64,000 bases of DNA from Antedon mediterranea (lineage: Eukaryota; Animalia; Echinodermata), in assembly GCF_964355755.1 (NCBI RefSeq), contig NC_092673.1, positions 34,717,648 to 34,781,647 on the forward strand. The letters are read 5' to 3'. Shown here piece by piece: positions 1 to 13,900 of this stretch (positions within the stretch are counted from its first letter, which is position 1; every line of letters begins with the position of its first letter). Below the pieces are notes generated by a model that worked only from the letters and a program-made list of their open reading frames with translations, had not been told where the DNA came from and did no database searches. Position numbers and translations under genes: made by a program.

Positions 1-1096
1 CTAAATTTGCTAAAGATGCTCCAAAGTTCCATTTGGCGTGGAGGAAAGTTCTCCTGGTTTTGTTGGTTTCAAAAAACTTTCTAACTTAAATCTACTTTCA
101 AATTTGTCCTCTCTTCTTACAAATGTTCAAATTCTAATTACTCAGTTTAATGTCATTTCGTCGTGAGGTGGTTTCCCGATTAATCGTATGATCAAACGGT
201 ACTGGGTATGATCAACTAGCGTTCGTGTTCCCACCTAATCATCCATTCATAGAAGTACTGATGAAGATATCAATCTGTGGCGACAATAGAATGGACCCGA
301 GACCTACAGATTTTTACTCTCTCAGGACTAACAAATTTTCACTCTCTAATACACAGAGAGATAAAGACAAAGATAAATATTTTGGTACAATTACGTATTT
401 TTCAGAAAAAAATCTAAATTCCGACAATAAATACAGACTTGGGACAAGTCTAATATAGTATTAGTAAGGTACGTAATTATTGGATTCATTTGTGTATACA
501 TTTTGTGTGTAAACAAATAATTGGAAATTTAATTTTTCTCTTATGATATTTTCCACATTAGAAATTGTGCTTCTTTGTCCAAGTAATCTTCAATTTTGCA
601 AAAGCTGGTTTTTAAAGGATTAAAGTTATGTTTCAAACTAATATTTCCAATCTGTAGTCATGAATTATGATTTTTTTTCCAATTTATATAACTCATTTGT
701 CAATGTAAATTTGACATTACAATTTTCATCACTGTGTCAAATACCTTGACATGTCATTTTATTTTTTCTTATTTCTAGTAACTTATTTGATAATCCGAAC
801 CAAAGATTGAAGAGTAAAATCGTGAATTCTCTTCTGGACTTGCCCTCCCTTATATTATTTAAAGCTAATATTTTTCAATCAAAATTATGATTCAAAGAGT
901 TAAACTCATAATTTTGATCTTGAAAATGTTTATTTGCAGATTGTCATTTTGTTAATTTCTATAAATGTAATGTTTGTGTTTATCATTAATCATAGACGTT
1001 CGTCACATGTTTGTTTTTTTTTCCTTTTCTATTTTTATTACTTTGCTTTGAATAAACCATGTAACAAAATGTAAATATTGACAGTATCAAGTCTAA

Positions 1097-1280
1097 AGCT
1101 CTGTCTACACTATCAAACTTTATGTGACAAAAAATATGATGTGGACAAGATGTCATATCGCTACCATAATTTGGGCATATCACTACCATATTTAGGCACA
1201 TCACTACCATAATTTGGGCATATCACTACCATATTTAGGCACATCACACTATTTTTGTCAAAGATAGTGTAGACAGAGCT
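1097..1280. mobile_element. MITE family A (TIR AGCTCTGTCTACACTATC), probably PIF/Harbinger-like
   Basis: Inverted termini flanked by TAA/TTA; internal tandem subrepeats 'atcactaccatatttgggc'; at least 7 relatives in the window. Confidence 0.85.
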
Positions 1281-1503
1281 TTAGAAAAACTGGAAATTCC
1301 TAAAAGTATCAATATTGATTAAACAAAAGATTGAATGAATGAATTAAGTGGTGTGGGTGGGGGAGCACTTTATTTTACGGTTTGTATGCCCCCGTCCCCA
1401 ACCCCCACCAATATTTTAAAAATCCGGTATCCACAATAGAAAGAAGGAAAACATGAAATATCAATGATATTCAATTCACAATGACATAATTAAATGATCT
1501 TAC

Positions 1504-1950
1504 CTGAGAAGATAGTTTCTTTGAAGTTGATTGCACAATGAAAAACAAGTAACTGTTATAAGCTGGCAGTTTGCTACAATAAGCAACATACATTCTCTTT
1601 GCAAATTGGATTCGCCGTTCCACATTATAACCTCCTAAAGCTTTCTGATGTTGTTGAATATTATGTAGCAGAAGCTTAACGGCGGATTTGCTGTCAGTAT
1701 AGATATAGGGCAGATGATCATGAACGTTTAAACCCATTGGTAGTTGACCTTTCCTATCAGAACACTTCTTCTTTACTGACAGATTTTGTATTATTAACGA
1801 ATGTTCATCATTCTTATCCAACTGTTCTTCATCAAGGTTTTTTTCCTTAAGTAATTTTGAGTCGTGGCTAATAAGGATGTCTAAGGACGCCAAGGCGGCT
1901 GCCTGTTTTTTAGAGCATGGAAGGTGGCCGCTCAATATGTCTTTTCTCAT
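1504..1950 (-). CDS. FERM central domain exon
   Basis: Acceptor CCACAG|ATG and donor CAG|GTAAGA; FERM-B signatures 'DILSGHLPCS' and 'YVAYCSKLPAY'. Confidence 0.8.
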
Positions 1951-4900
1951 CTGTGGAATAAAAACAATTGATAATAATCAGCATGATTATTTTATTTATT
2001 AATATATATAAGCTACATAAATCTCAACATAGGTATCTATAACTATCTTTTCAATAATGTATTTTTTTGCTGAACCACTCTATCCAGGAGCTCTATTTTC
2101 TAATGTATTTTGAACTGTATATTGATAAATTATTTTATGTAGTTAAGTTCTTCTGGGGCCCCAGACATATCATGTTATGGTGACTCTGTTGCTTTTGGGG
2201 TCCCAAGATAATATGTTGAATAAATAAATTAAATTAAATGAAATGAAATTATGATAATAGTTAATGACTACTAGAAACTAGATTTTTGTGTACATATTCA
2301 AAATTATTAAACATTATATTAAAAATAATAATGTTAATTAAAAAACCTTCATCAGCTTGCTACTTTTGTTATATTGCTTTGTATAGACATTTTTTCTTGC
2401 TGCTATTTATGCAATGGTTATAGTTACACTTCAATCAGAGATATATAATATAATATTTCTATGCTAGGCCTACAATAAATATAAGTATAAATCTCTTTCT
2501 TCAGCTTTAATTGCAAATACATTTCCACAAAGATCAATGGAAAGTAAACCTTTCACCATCATTTTATAATGTCAGTACGTAATGCATAAAATTTTTGTCA
2601 ATGTTCTTAATTTATATTACAATTGGACTTAATTTCGGTCTTTTAATCATTGAATCTTGGCTTTTTTTTAGTGGGAATAACGCATTATGAGATCAAGTTA
2701 TAGTGGTACTTTTGTAATATCAGCTTTAGGTCTAATGGGACTTAGGCATTTTATGTATCAGTGTATTCTTACTATTAAGCATCTATGAATTACAAGCTTA
2801 GATTTTATATAGTAACTTAAGCTTTGTAACCAATTTAGTAACATTTGGATAATAAAAGATTAAGCATTTAGTGAATGATCTTTACAATTGGTGACTTTTG
2901 ATTATTATGAGTGAAATCTGTTTTGTTACGAGGCGTTTAAAATGTCGCTTTACATGCTTGCTTTTCATTCGAGAAATTTCTTTCCTAGACAATTTGTTCT
3001 ACTTGATCAGCGAAATTAAATTTGAAACAGTTTTTACTTTTTTTATGCGATAAAATGTGTTGACCACAATCAGTGTTCATGAAATGAGTTCTCATGGATT
3101 CATGAACACTCATGCAAATCGAACAAATCTTCAAAAATGGGATCAGTGTAACCCCAGAAGTGTAACCTGTGATCGTAATTAGTGGTAGTATAGTAGTCAA
3201 TAAACAATCTTGACATCCAGCTCTTTAAATGTAATCCTCTATTGGGTTATACATCGCCATGATTTATCTTACCTCTTCAACCCACGAGGTTCTCTCTATG
3301 AACGTGACCTTAACTTCTGGGGTTACACCTCCCCGCCTTAATAAGAAGTGTCCCACTTCTTTAAATATCTTACATGAGGGAGAATATTATTGTTTTCCAT
3401 GTGAACTTATTTAATTGGTGGAAATAAGTAACATAACAGGCTTTATATAAAAATGAAAACAAATTAATTTGTGTTAAATTACACTCAGGATACTATAAAA
3501 TATTAATACTCAAAAATTATTTTTCTCGATCTGGCAATTCAATAATTTACATTATCACCTAGATTTTCAATCAATATATGTTTACTATATTAATATATAT
3601 AGATATTTGGTACTAAAGGAAAAAATCTATTGATGATTTAGTGACGCTATTGGGATGACACAGATTCAAACATGAGTTGATTTGTGTTTGTGCAATTTAT
3701 TGTCACCTATAATAAATTTAGCCCTAGAAGCAGGTAGATTTGTTTATGCAATTTGTTCAAATTTTGCGAAGCTCTGATCAGTCTAAATTTTAATATTCCA
3801 TTGCTTGTGAAATGAAATTTGCAGGCCTATCCCCAGGCCTGCAAATTTCATTTCACTTTCAAACCTATAACCTTTTTCTACATATTTCTTTGACTTATCA
3901 AAAAGAATAAGAAGGTGTTTAATAATAATATTTTTTTTTCTGAGAGGAATAATACAATCTGTATGACATCATCATAATAATACAATCTGTATGACATCAT
4001 CATAATAATACAATCTGTATGACATCATCATAATAATACACAATCTGTATGACATCATCATAATAATACAATCTGTATGACATCATCATAATAATACAAT
4101 CTGTATGACATCATCATAATCCGGACATAAAGAACGCCAGTATAAGAGCATAGGCAAAAGTATGATCTTATCTTATTATAAGATAAGACTTAAGAGCATG
4201 ATGACAATAGATTACTGGCGTTCCATAGACATCATCTCTAAGCTTTGATGTAAAGGTTATGTGTAGGACCTGATTAATTTCTTGTTTGGATTGTTTGTAC
4301 ATTTATTTTGTTCTGACATACAGAAGCATTCACTCACTCCCACATAGCGTCCTCCATACAGTCAATATATTATTGCTGTTCATCTATTGACTAGTGTTGG
4401 TTTGGCTGAGGGACATAGTCAATAAGGCTGCAATATATAGTCCAGTTCAAACATGGTTGTATACATAGAAGCAGAAATTGTTTGACTATTATCTTTTTCT
4501 CTTTGATGTTACAGTTTATAGTCACTCCCACATCATGTATTCCGTTATTCAAAACTGTTGACTTTCCTTTTCTTATTATAATCATAAACCTTATACAAAT
4601 AAATACAATTATTTAGTTCAAAAAAAGATTCTTGTAATTATATGTGATATATACCATACATGTGTTTGTTTAGTTTCATATATATTGTTTATATAACAGT
4701 AATACTGTGCTAAACACTAAAGGTCAAAATTACCTCAATCAATCAATAGTATTTCAAAATAATACAATGCATTTCATATCATTCAAACTTTTTTTTTCTT
4801 GTTAATTGAGAGATTGTAAAAAATGTATTTAACTTATCTTTATTTCAGTTAAAAAAATACTAATCTATTTATAAATAAAAACCAGTATAAACACAAACAA

Positions 4901-7900
4901 ACACCAACATTATTTTCATGAGCTTTAAAATCATGTATAATGAACACTGCCACGCTCTTGTAATATTTACAGGGCCACAAAGTTTTCTACTAGAGGATCA
5001 AAATGTGGAGACTTTCACTACTGTTCTAAGTAAATTATTTGATACAATGTACATGTGTGACACATTTTATGGAATTATTATCACAGTTTGGTACTTACCT
5101 TAATGTATTTTGAGTGTATAGCTTCAATTTCTTCAAGGTCAATTCCACAGACACTGGTCAACATTGAACCACTGATAGCCAGACCAGCACCAACGGTCAT
5201 CTGCAAGTTCTGACAACCATTCATGACCACATCCACCTCAACATCTTGTACCTTACGGAAATTACTTGTACCAAACTGGAGGTGACAAGGGGCAGAAAGA
5301 TGGCATTGACCACGATAGACATCATTGAGAGCGTTTCCAACATCACAACAGAACTTTGTTGATGTCACAAGAACTTGAATCAATTTCAATGTCTCCTTTT
5401 TCATTTTATCATCTATCAGAAAGTCGTTGGGAGCTAACTTTACCCAGTCATAAAGCAACTGAGCACACTAGAAAAGGTGGAAAATATTAAAATTCTATTT
5501 AAATTAAAAACATGTTACATTTACCCATATATGGATAATCCGATTTCTAAAACCAGATTAAGAAACATAAATCACAACTATAAGTAGATTATTGTGAACG
5601 ATCTCACACAGCCTCATTTATTTTTTAAACACAAGATTTATAAAATCAAATTTTGACTTAATTGCAATTTCAAATATACCAGTTGTTGTGGTTTTTGGAG
5701 AGTGGGAAGGGAGAGGGCGATTGTTAAATATCTTTTTTCGTCAAACTGAATTGTTCTTATTGGGCAGGTGTTACTAATACTGTGCCTCTATATATATATA
5801 GTTTAATTGCTTTTTTATTTTATATATTTATATTCTAACCTTTTCTTGAAGGTTTGGTAATGATGGATTTGATTTCCCTTGCAATTTAAGATAAGGCTGA
5901 GCTGAGCTTAGGAATGATAGGATGACTCTAGCAATGATAACAGGATGCACACACATGACAATTGTAGAAAACAGCTCTCTAGATTCAAGTAGCTTATCTT
6001 CCAATGCAACCTCTTCTGAAATCTGCATCAGGTAAAAAAAAGCTATTATACAATTCTAATATAATTGGGTTCACATTCACCGTTAAACAAGTAGCTCATC
6101 TTCCATTCAACCTCTTCCTAAACTTAAAATCAAAATACGTACAAAATAATCTATGAAACAAAAACACCTTATTAACATAAATAGATCATTATATTATTTC
6201 TATGTTAATGGTTTCTTTTTATCATGCATGGACTTTACAAGATGATAGATCATAATAATTAACTCATAGCAACATGGCTATTGTTGGATATGCTATTGTT
6301 TGTTGGAGATACTGTTCTTCAACCAAACAATATAGACTACAGGTAGGCTTATACTTCAGCCTGTTAAAGATCTACCTAAATCCGGTTAGTCACATTGTCA
6401 CAGGCTTACAATTCTAAGACTTCTGGGACTTCATGGTTTTTTTCATGATGATTTCATGAAGCGGCACTAACTATTAACTATGACTACGGAATAACCTGCC
6501 TATATGCTCAGAGAAGTTTTTCCCTCTTTGTGAGATCATCTATCTGTTTATCATTTTTTCTTTGCATTCTCTTGATGTTATATTGAAATTGACATCAATC
6601 ATTCAGTCTGTTATTAATTGTCCAATCACTCAATCAATAAATAAATCCACAAATTGTCAAATAATTAATCTGCCGTATTGGTAAATTAACAAACCTGCTG
6701 ATTGCATCTTATACACAGATGTCTATAAGTAGTTGTAATTAGATGATCATAGACTTATTTACTCACTTATACCATACAGATGATGCGGCTACTAATTCTT
6801 CTATACTTAAAGAATTAATTATTTTACTTGAAATATTAACTTAACTTTGGGTTATTGTCTGTAAAATGTATATAATAAGATGATGATGATTTTAAATGTC
6901 TGTGTACAGCTCTGTCTACACTATTAAACTTGCTGTGGCAAAAAAAATGTGATGTGCCCATATATGGACATGATGTCATACTACCACTACCATATTTAAG
7001 CATATCACTACCATATTTGGGCACCCTCACACTTTTTTTATCAAACTATAGTTTGATAGTGTAGACAGCTAGACCTTAAGTGTGCAAATAAACATGTTTT
7101 AATTTATTTTGAATCATTTATTCATCTATTATATTATACCTGTACATTTATTCTTGGTTGGTCTGGCTTTTTCTCTTAAGTATCTTGGCTTAATTAAAAA
7201 GATTGATATGTTTCAGCATTGGTATACACAATTGAGAATTACATTATCATTCAAATAAATAATCTTACTGTATGTATAAATAGTTGAATGAATGTAACCT
7301 ATCATGATAACATACTTTGTTGTCACTAAATATATTATATACAGTTTAATATTTTGACCTGTGAAATGATATATCTCTAAACTCACTTGTTTATTTCTTA
7401 AAGCAGAATTGTATGTGTTTTGTGTAGGTTGCTGTGTCCTCTATGATACAAGATGAATCTTAAAGTTATTGACATTTAAGAATACAACAGAAATAAAAAC
7501 AATTAAAATACAATTTTAATGGCGGGTGATTTCAACTTTGGCATATTATCTTCACAGAACATAATGTGCAATTTTAAAGAAAAAAATTCTTTAATTACAG
7601 CAGTTTTTTTTTTATAAAATTTAAATAACATACTATATCTATTTCCAAAAATTTGAAATTATATCTATTTATTCATTACTTTTGTGTTCGAAAGTAATAA
7701 ATTGAATGAAGGCTAATAGGTTTTGTATACAGCACTGTACATAATATATTAATGGATAACATATCTTTTGCAAGTTTATTGGTGATTTCAACTTTGGCAT
7801 ATATTGCTTTATAGAATCACAATAACATCTCCTGTAATGAAATCTTTGCAATACTTGAGGGATATTCCCACTTGTTTCCTCTGGATAATAGGTACTTGAA

Positions 7901-10900
7901 CATTATAAGAAACCAAATTACACTTAATTAAGTACTTATCAGTATATGGTTACTGTTGTTTATACGTCCAGGCCTTAATGACTTTTTGGCCAATAAATTG
8001 TAATGTATAATTGCTATATCTAATTGGCATACTGTACTACGAACAGAATGTTCATAATGGCAGTTCTTCAAATATTAATTTCATTTACCAATAACCAATA
8101 GTACAGAGTAATTTTGTTAATTAATAGAAAGAAATATTCAGGGGTATATTTGTGTCAACTAACATATTTTCTAATTTTCTGTAATAATATTATACTGTGG
8201 GAAGGCCAAAGGTGGACCCAGAATGGCCAGGTAGGGTCCTAAATTCAAATAGGCTAAATGCAGCACATTTTTACAATTTTTAAGCTGTATTTGAAAATTC
8301 TGGAAATCTTGGATCCCAACTGAATCCCACAGCCTCACACCAATCACCTCCATTATCTATTCATCATTCAACAACTTTGTATAATTGTGTATTCTGTATG
8401 TATCCCCACATGCTTTTTGCACATTAAAATACAAACAATTTCTCAAACCAATCAGAAGTCAAATGCTAGATATTTTTTCAGGCAGCCCAACTCTAATACT
8501 TTCACAAATCTGAGTAATGCCCATACCGTAACCTATCATTTTAAGTGGTGTACCCTGGAGAGGATTTAACAGCCTTATGTACTAGTAATCCACTACTCTT
8601 TTGAAAAAGTGCACCACACTACATTCGTTGCACATGAGCCATATTCAGCCACACAAGGGTCCAATCCGAAAGATAACATCCAGTAACAGGGTGCAGTTGA
8701 TTGATTCATTTATCCAATAATGTTTGCGAGGCTGATAATGCGCAAAGCTCTGATGTTCGTACAAGTTTTGAGTGTTTTAGATCTGCTCTTGCCATGGCCT
8801 CATAAATCCATAACAAACATTTGCCATCAAACAGCGCCGATTGATGGATTTATATATTTCATTTCTTTTATTTATTCGATCAAAACACAGATACAGAACA
8901 GAAAAGAAACAGAGCACAATGGTCAGGGGCAACTAAAGCAAAACAATTACTATAACTCAAAGAGTCAGTTGCCCCTTAAAAAACATCGAAATACAAAAAA
9001 ATATTGCATCAAGTAAAACATTTGTACAAGCTTATAAAAAAGTATCTTAAGACTCAAAATAAGTATAAGTATAAGGGATCAAGTATAAGGGATCAAGTTT
9101 AAGGGATCAAGTATAAGGGATCAAGTATAAGGGATCAAGAAGGGATCAAGTATAAGGGATCAAGTATAAGGGATCAAGTTTAAGGGATCAAGTATAAGGG
9201 ATCAAGTATAAGGGATCAAGTATAAGGGATCAAGAAGGGATCAAGTATAAGGGATCAAGTATAAGGGATCAAGTATAAGGGATCAAGTTTAAGGATCATG
9301 ACAAAATTATTCTACTGCAGTACATTTATTCTACTGCAGTACATTTATTCTACTGCAGTACATTTATTCTACTGCAGTACATTTATTTACTGCAGTACAT
9401 TTATTTACTGCAGTACATTTATTCTACTGCAGTATATTTATTTACTGCAGTACATTTTTTACTGCAATAATATTTATTTTTTTGTTTGTTGTATTGTTCA
9501 TGAGGTAGTCACTGCAATAAATGTATGATCTTATGGTATGATTGTGCGACTATATATGTTCTGCACAGTATAGGAAGATGATGATGATGATGATTCAATA
9601 AAGAAAGTTAAGAAGTAAACAAAACATAATTAATGCAGTAACTGCAGTAGAATAATTATTATCCCTTAATACATATTAATTTTATAAGATATTTAATGCT
9701 ATTTTTAAAATGTATTTCAATTCGTAAATCTTACCTTAGACTGGCCATAATGCTTTGCCTCTGCATTCAACATGGCTTTAAACAGGAGTATCTCAACAGA
9801 CCATGTCCCATTGTGCTTGCCTTGTGGAACACTTTCTTTGGTAGAGGTATATATATAATTGATTATAATTAGTTACATTACACAATATTTAATAAGTTTA
9901 CTGTTACTCTTGACTTTATCATAAACTAAATTATTACAATTGAGAACATATTATTTAATTAAATATTAAGATATTCTCCCTGTTGTCAAGATTTTATCAT
10001 TTGAAGTTAATTTTAAGTGGATACTTTATGTGTTCCTTCTGAGTATCGCAGAACGTGTTCCTTTGGACTCCACTAGGGAACACTTTTTGCACCCTTGTCC
10101 ACAGCAGCCATTTAAGAATTAACAGAAGCCTCCTCCAATTTGATATCTTGGCTACAGTCCTGAAGTACTACATAGGCCTAACATAAATTAAGCAGTAGAC
10201 ATTGATCCTAATGTACAGGTTATCCACACTTACCAGCTATTGTATTGTGAATTTGATGCATCAAATCATCTGTAAGATGCAATGTGGTATCTTCGCGACC
10301 AAGGTATATGAATATACGTGCCATCAAGCTACGGATTTGATCGTTGCATAGTGGTTGCGTGCTGGTAGCCAGTTTGCGCAGGCGTAGTAGTAAATTACTT
10401 TTGAGAACCGCAGGATGGAAGTGAACGTCTAAAGTTATACTTATGAAGATTTCTAAAGTACGGCGTAGCACCAACTATAAAAAGATTTAGAAAGGTATAA
10501 GAAGACAACATTTCTAACAAACGTTGGTTAAATTTAAATGATACAGTTCTTCAATAACTCGCATAAGGAGTTTATGAAATAGATTTAGAGGTATTTCTAT
10601 GTTACTATCTGGTAGTATACATCAAAACACAATGGCGTAACGCAAGAATTCATAAGCGCAACGTAAGTTATTTGACCAATCACAATTAGCAGCTTATTCG
10701 AACTGTCGCATATCATTGGTGACTCGGTTATGTCGCGTCTAGTTCGTTGCGGAACCAATCCTATTCGTTTGGTTCCCATTAGGACGCAATGCAAGGACGT
10801 AGGCCTAAACCGTATCGCAAACAAATTGATCAAATGAAAGAGATTGATTATGACTTTTTTGTTAGGCCTACTGGTGAATTCGGTAGGATGCGGCTTTACG

Positions 10901-13900
10901 TCCTTACGTTGCGTCCTAGTGAGAACCAAGCTTTATACCTGATCGTTTGAAGTATCTAAAAGTGTTAACAATATGTCCATGTGTTCTGCCACAATCTCCT
11001 TTCTTGCAGTCGGTAAAAGAGCAAACTTTGCCACAATTGATACTGCATCCAGCTGTACCCTACGTCCGAGTTGACCTTCCGTATGGTTGACGTGATTTCC
11101 TGTCGAAAAGGGCCTTCTTAGTTTCCTGACATCAATATCAAACGCATGTGTTGGGCTTTGGATGCCACTTTCACTATGCAATCGAGCCAGCCTGTTATTA
11201 CAACGTGTTTTTGAGTTCTCTTGTTTGTATAATTTTGAAAGAACTCCAAAAACGCAACGTATATCAAGACGTTGCGCCAAGGACAGTATGGAATACCAGT
11301 GGCATTTTTGAGAAGATAACTCGTCATGTGTTTTTTCATAAGATGTCCTAATATGTGTCTTGCATTTACTGCTATCAATTGATTCGTCATCTACTTTTTC
11401 ATTTCTTGTTATTGACAACGGTGATATATATTGTACTGGAAATGTTGTCTTATAAACAGAAGATACACCTGTCATTTTTGACGTCAGTCGTCTTGGAGAG
11501 CCATGGTTTGAGTAAAAATCACTCATACTTCTCGTATTACGCATTTTCTTTAAAGAGCTTATGACCTCTGACCTAATATACGAAAACGACGTGCTTTTCT
11601 TAGCAGTTGGTTTGATAAAATCCATAGTGTTCCTTCTCCACGAATCAATGCCATCTTCCGAAAGACCCAAGTTGCATCTACCCCCTTTGTTGTCGAAGCA
11701 GACCGACACCTTTCTAGCGATTGCTGAGTCGTACGTATTGCTGCGTCTTCGCTTACGCTGATTTGGTGAAGGAATCCTGCCATTTGATGTTCTATTTGAC
11801 GTCTGACAAGGTTTTAAAAGATTAACAGGTTTACCAGACGTTGTGTCTATGAAATTGTCTGTTGTATAAGCGCAGAACCGTTTTTGTGTGTATCTTGCGG
11901 TTGAACTTCTTCCAAACGCACTGTCTTCTTCGTCAGAACCAGTGTCGACTCCTCGAACATATTTTTGACCGATTAAGCGAATAACTTTTAGAGCAATTGA
12001 TTGTAATGACGTCACGTGGGTACAATCTAGTAGTTCAGTGACAAAAGTCAACAAGTCATGTTCCATGATTGTATAGTCGTCTTTGTTTTGCGTTTTGATA
12101 GCCGCATGAGAGTTCTCTTCAAGTACAACCTAACCAAACCAAATCAAAATCAGCGTTATTAGTAATAAGTTTACATGGGTACATCATTTAAGTAACGTCT
12201 GTAATTAATATTGGTTTCTATTTGGACGAAATGCAACGACAAAGGCCCAACGCAATTGTGAATTGACCAATCAAAACAAGCGACAGTACGCTTGCGCCGC
12301 AAGGAATTTGACCAATTACGACGCGGTGGATCATCTGAACTATCGCTTGAGATTGGTCAGCCTACTTGCGTTGTGCCAATCTTTTGCATTGTTTCCAATT
12401 TAGGTGGGAACTAAGCTTAGTGGTCAAGATGTTTTTACTGCGACAACAGAATTATGCATGTATGGTGATTCATTTAGAATCTCTAATGGTCATCTTTTGA
12501 CCAGTTAACAATAACATGATATTTAAGTTGTTTATATATAAAACATTTAAGTTGTTTATATATAAAATATGTAAATATATATATACAGTATAACTGGAGA
12601 ATAAGAAATAACGGCGTAGCAATGATTAAATGTCTTTAATGTATCCGTAACCTTAACGATTTGTTTTAAGGCTATTTTTTTTCAACATTGATAATTATCT
12701 TGTGATTAAAAGTCAAACTAGTAATGACAATAATGCTTGCGGTACATGTAAATAATTAATAGCGTTTGCATTATTGACATTGAAGTATTTGTTTTTAAAA
12801 AAATCGACAAGTTACCACACTAAATACCTGTGCAAGTTTTTCTATTACTTGATGTAACTTTTCGACGAATGATTTTCCATATAATGTCTGCAGATTTAGA
12901 AGAGTGGCAATCTGATTGGACAGGCAACGAAGGAAGATACTAGCACATTCAGGATTCCTCACCATATTGGTGCACACGTTGAGACAATTGTGCAAACAGT
13001 ATACGCCATCTGTTGGAAAATGTATGTATTTATTTATGTATATTTTCATCCATTATTACATTATATTGAAAGGAAAAAAATATTCGAAGTTGAAAGCAGA
13101 TACTTATATATAGTACTAAAACGCAAAGCAATCTAAACGACCGTAAAACGTAACCTCACACGTTTAGTCTAGACCGAACCAAACCACACGTCACTAGCTT
13201 CATACATGTCATAGTATACACCATTGGTTCACCTGTAAGTACGCGTAGCCAAAGATTACGTCGAGCATTTAACAGATGATACAAATATACGTGCATTTTT
13301 TTTGTACCCCGATATACCTCGACTAACTATCGTCTAATGTTTGAGGACAACAAGAGGACAAATGTAGGCCTACAGGGTATAATACCTGTAGGCCTACTAT
13401 CATTTTATCTGTACTGTAAAAGTTATTATATAGAATTTAGTAAAGATTGACTTAAAGTATTCCATATTAGAGGACCATGGCAATGGGTTGAATTTATTGT
13501 GGCGTGTTTGTTGGCGTTTCTAGTATTTGCTAGTTGTGAAAAAATATTTTTTGTGAAGAATTGTTTGAAAATATTTTAACAGATTGTCGGTGACATCAAG
13601 ATAAAGCAAAGCATTTCACAAGCGCATTTAAAGGATGATGAATCCAACGACTTTGTACGCGGGCGTCTACATTGAAAACAGAGTCAACAACAAAGTCATA
13701 CAGTAACAATCAGTCCATTTCCTTCAGTATAATTATTTAGAACTATTCCATGAACTCTCTGAAAGATCTGTATATAACAGTCAAATTGCAATCACGATTT
13801 GAAGTTTAAAAGCCAACGAATTAGCATGGCTTAAAATAATTCATTTCCAATGGCATTGAAATCTAAAGAAAACTATACATGCGTATACTACAATGTTAAT

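Noticed and set aside
986-1210. Small ORFs such as 986-1210, 6836-7030 and 45712-45933
   Set aside because: Translations of MITE family A sequence.
4337-4590. Possible extra exon(s) of the large minus-strand gene
   Set aside because: Splice-like sites are present, but the frames tested hit stops or could not be phase-matched; exons 5099 and 3368 already join in phase.
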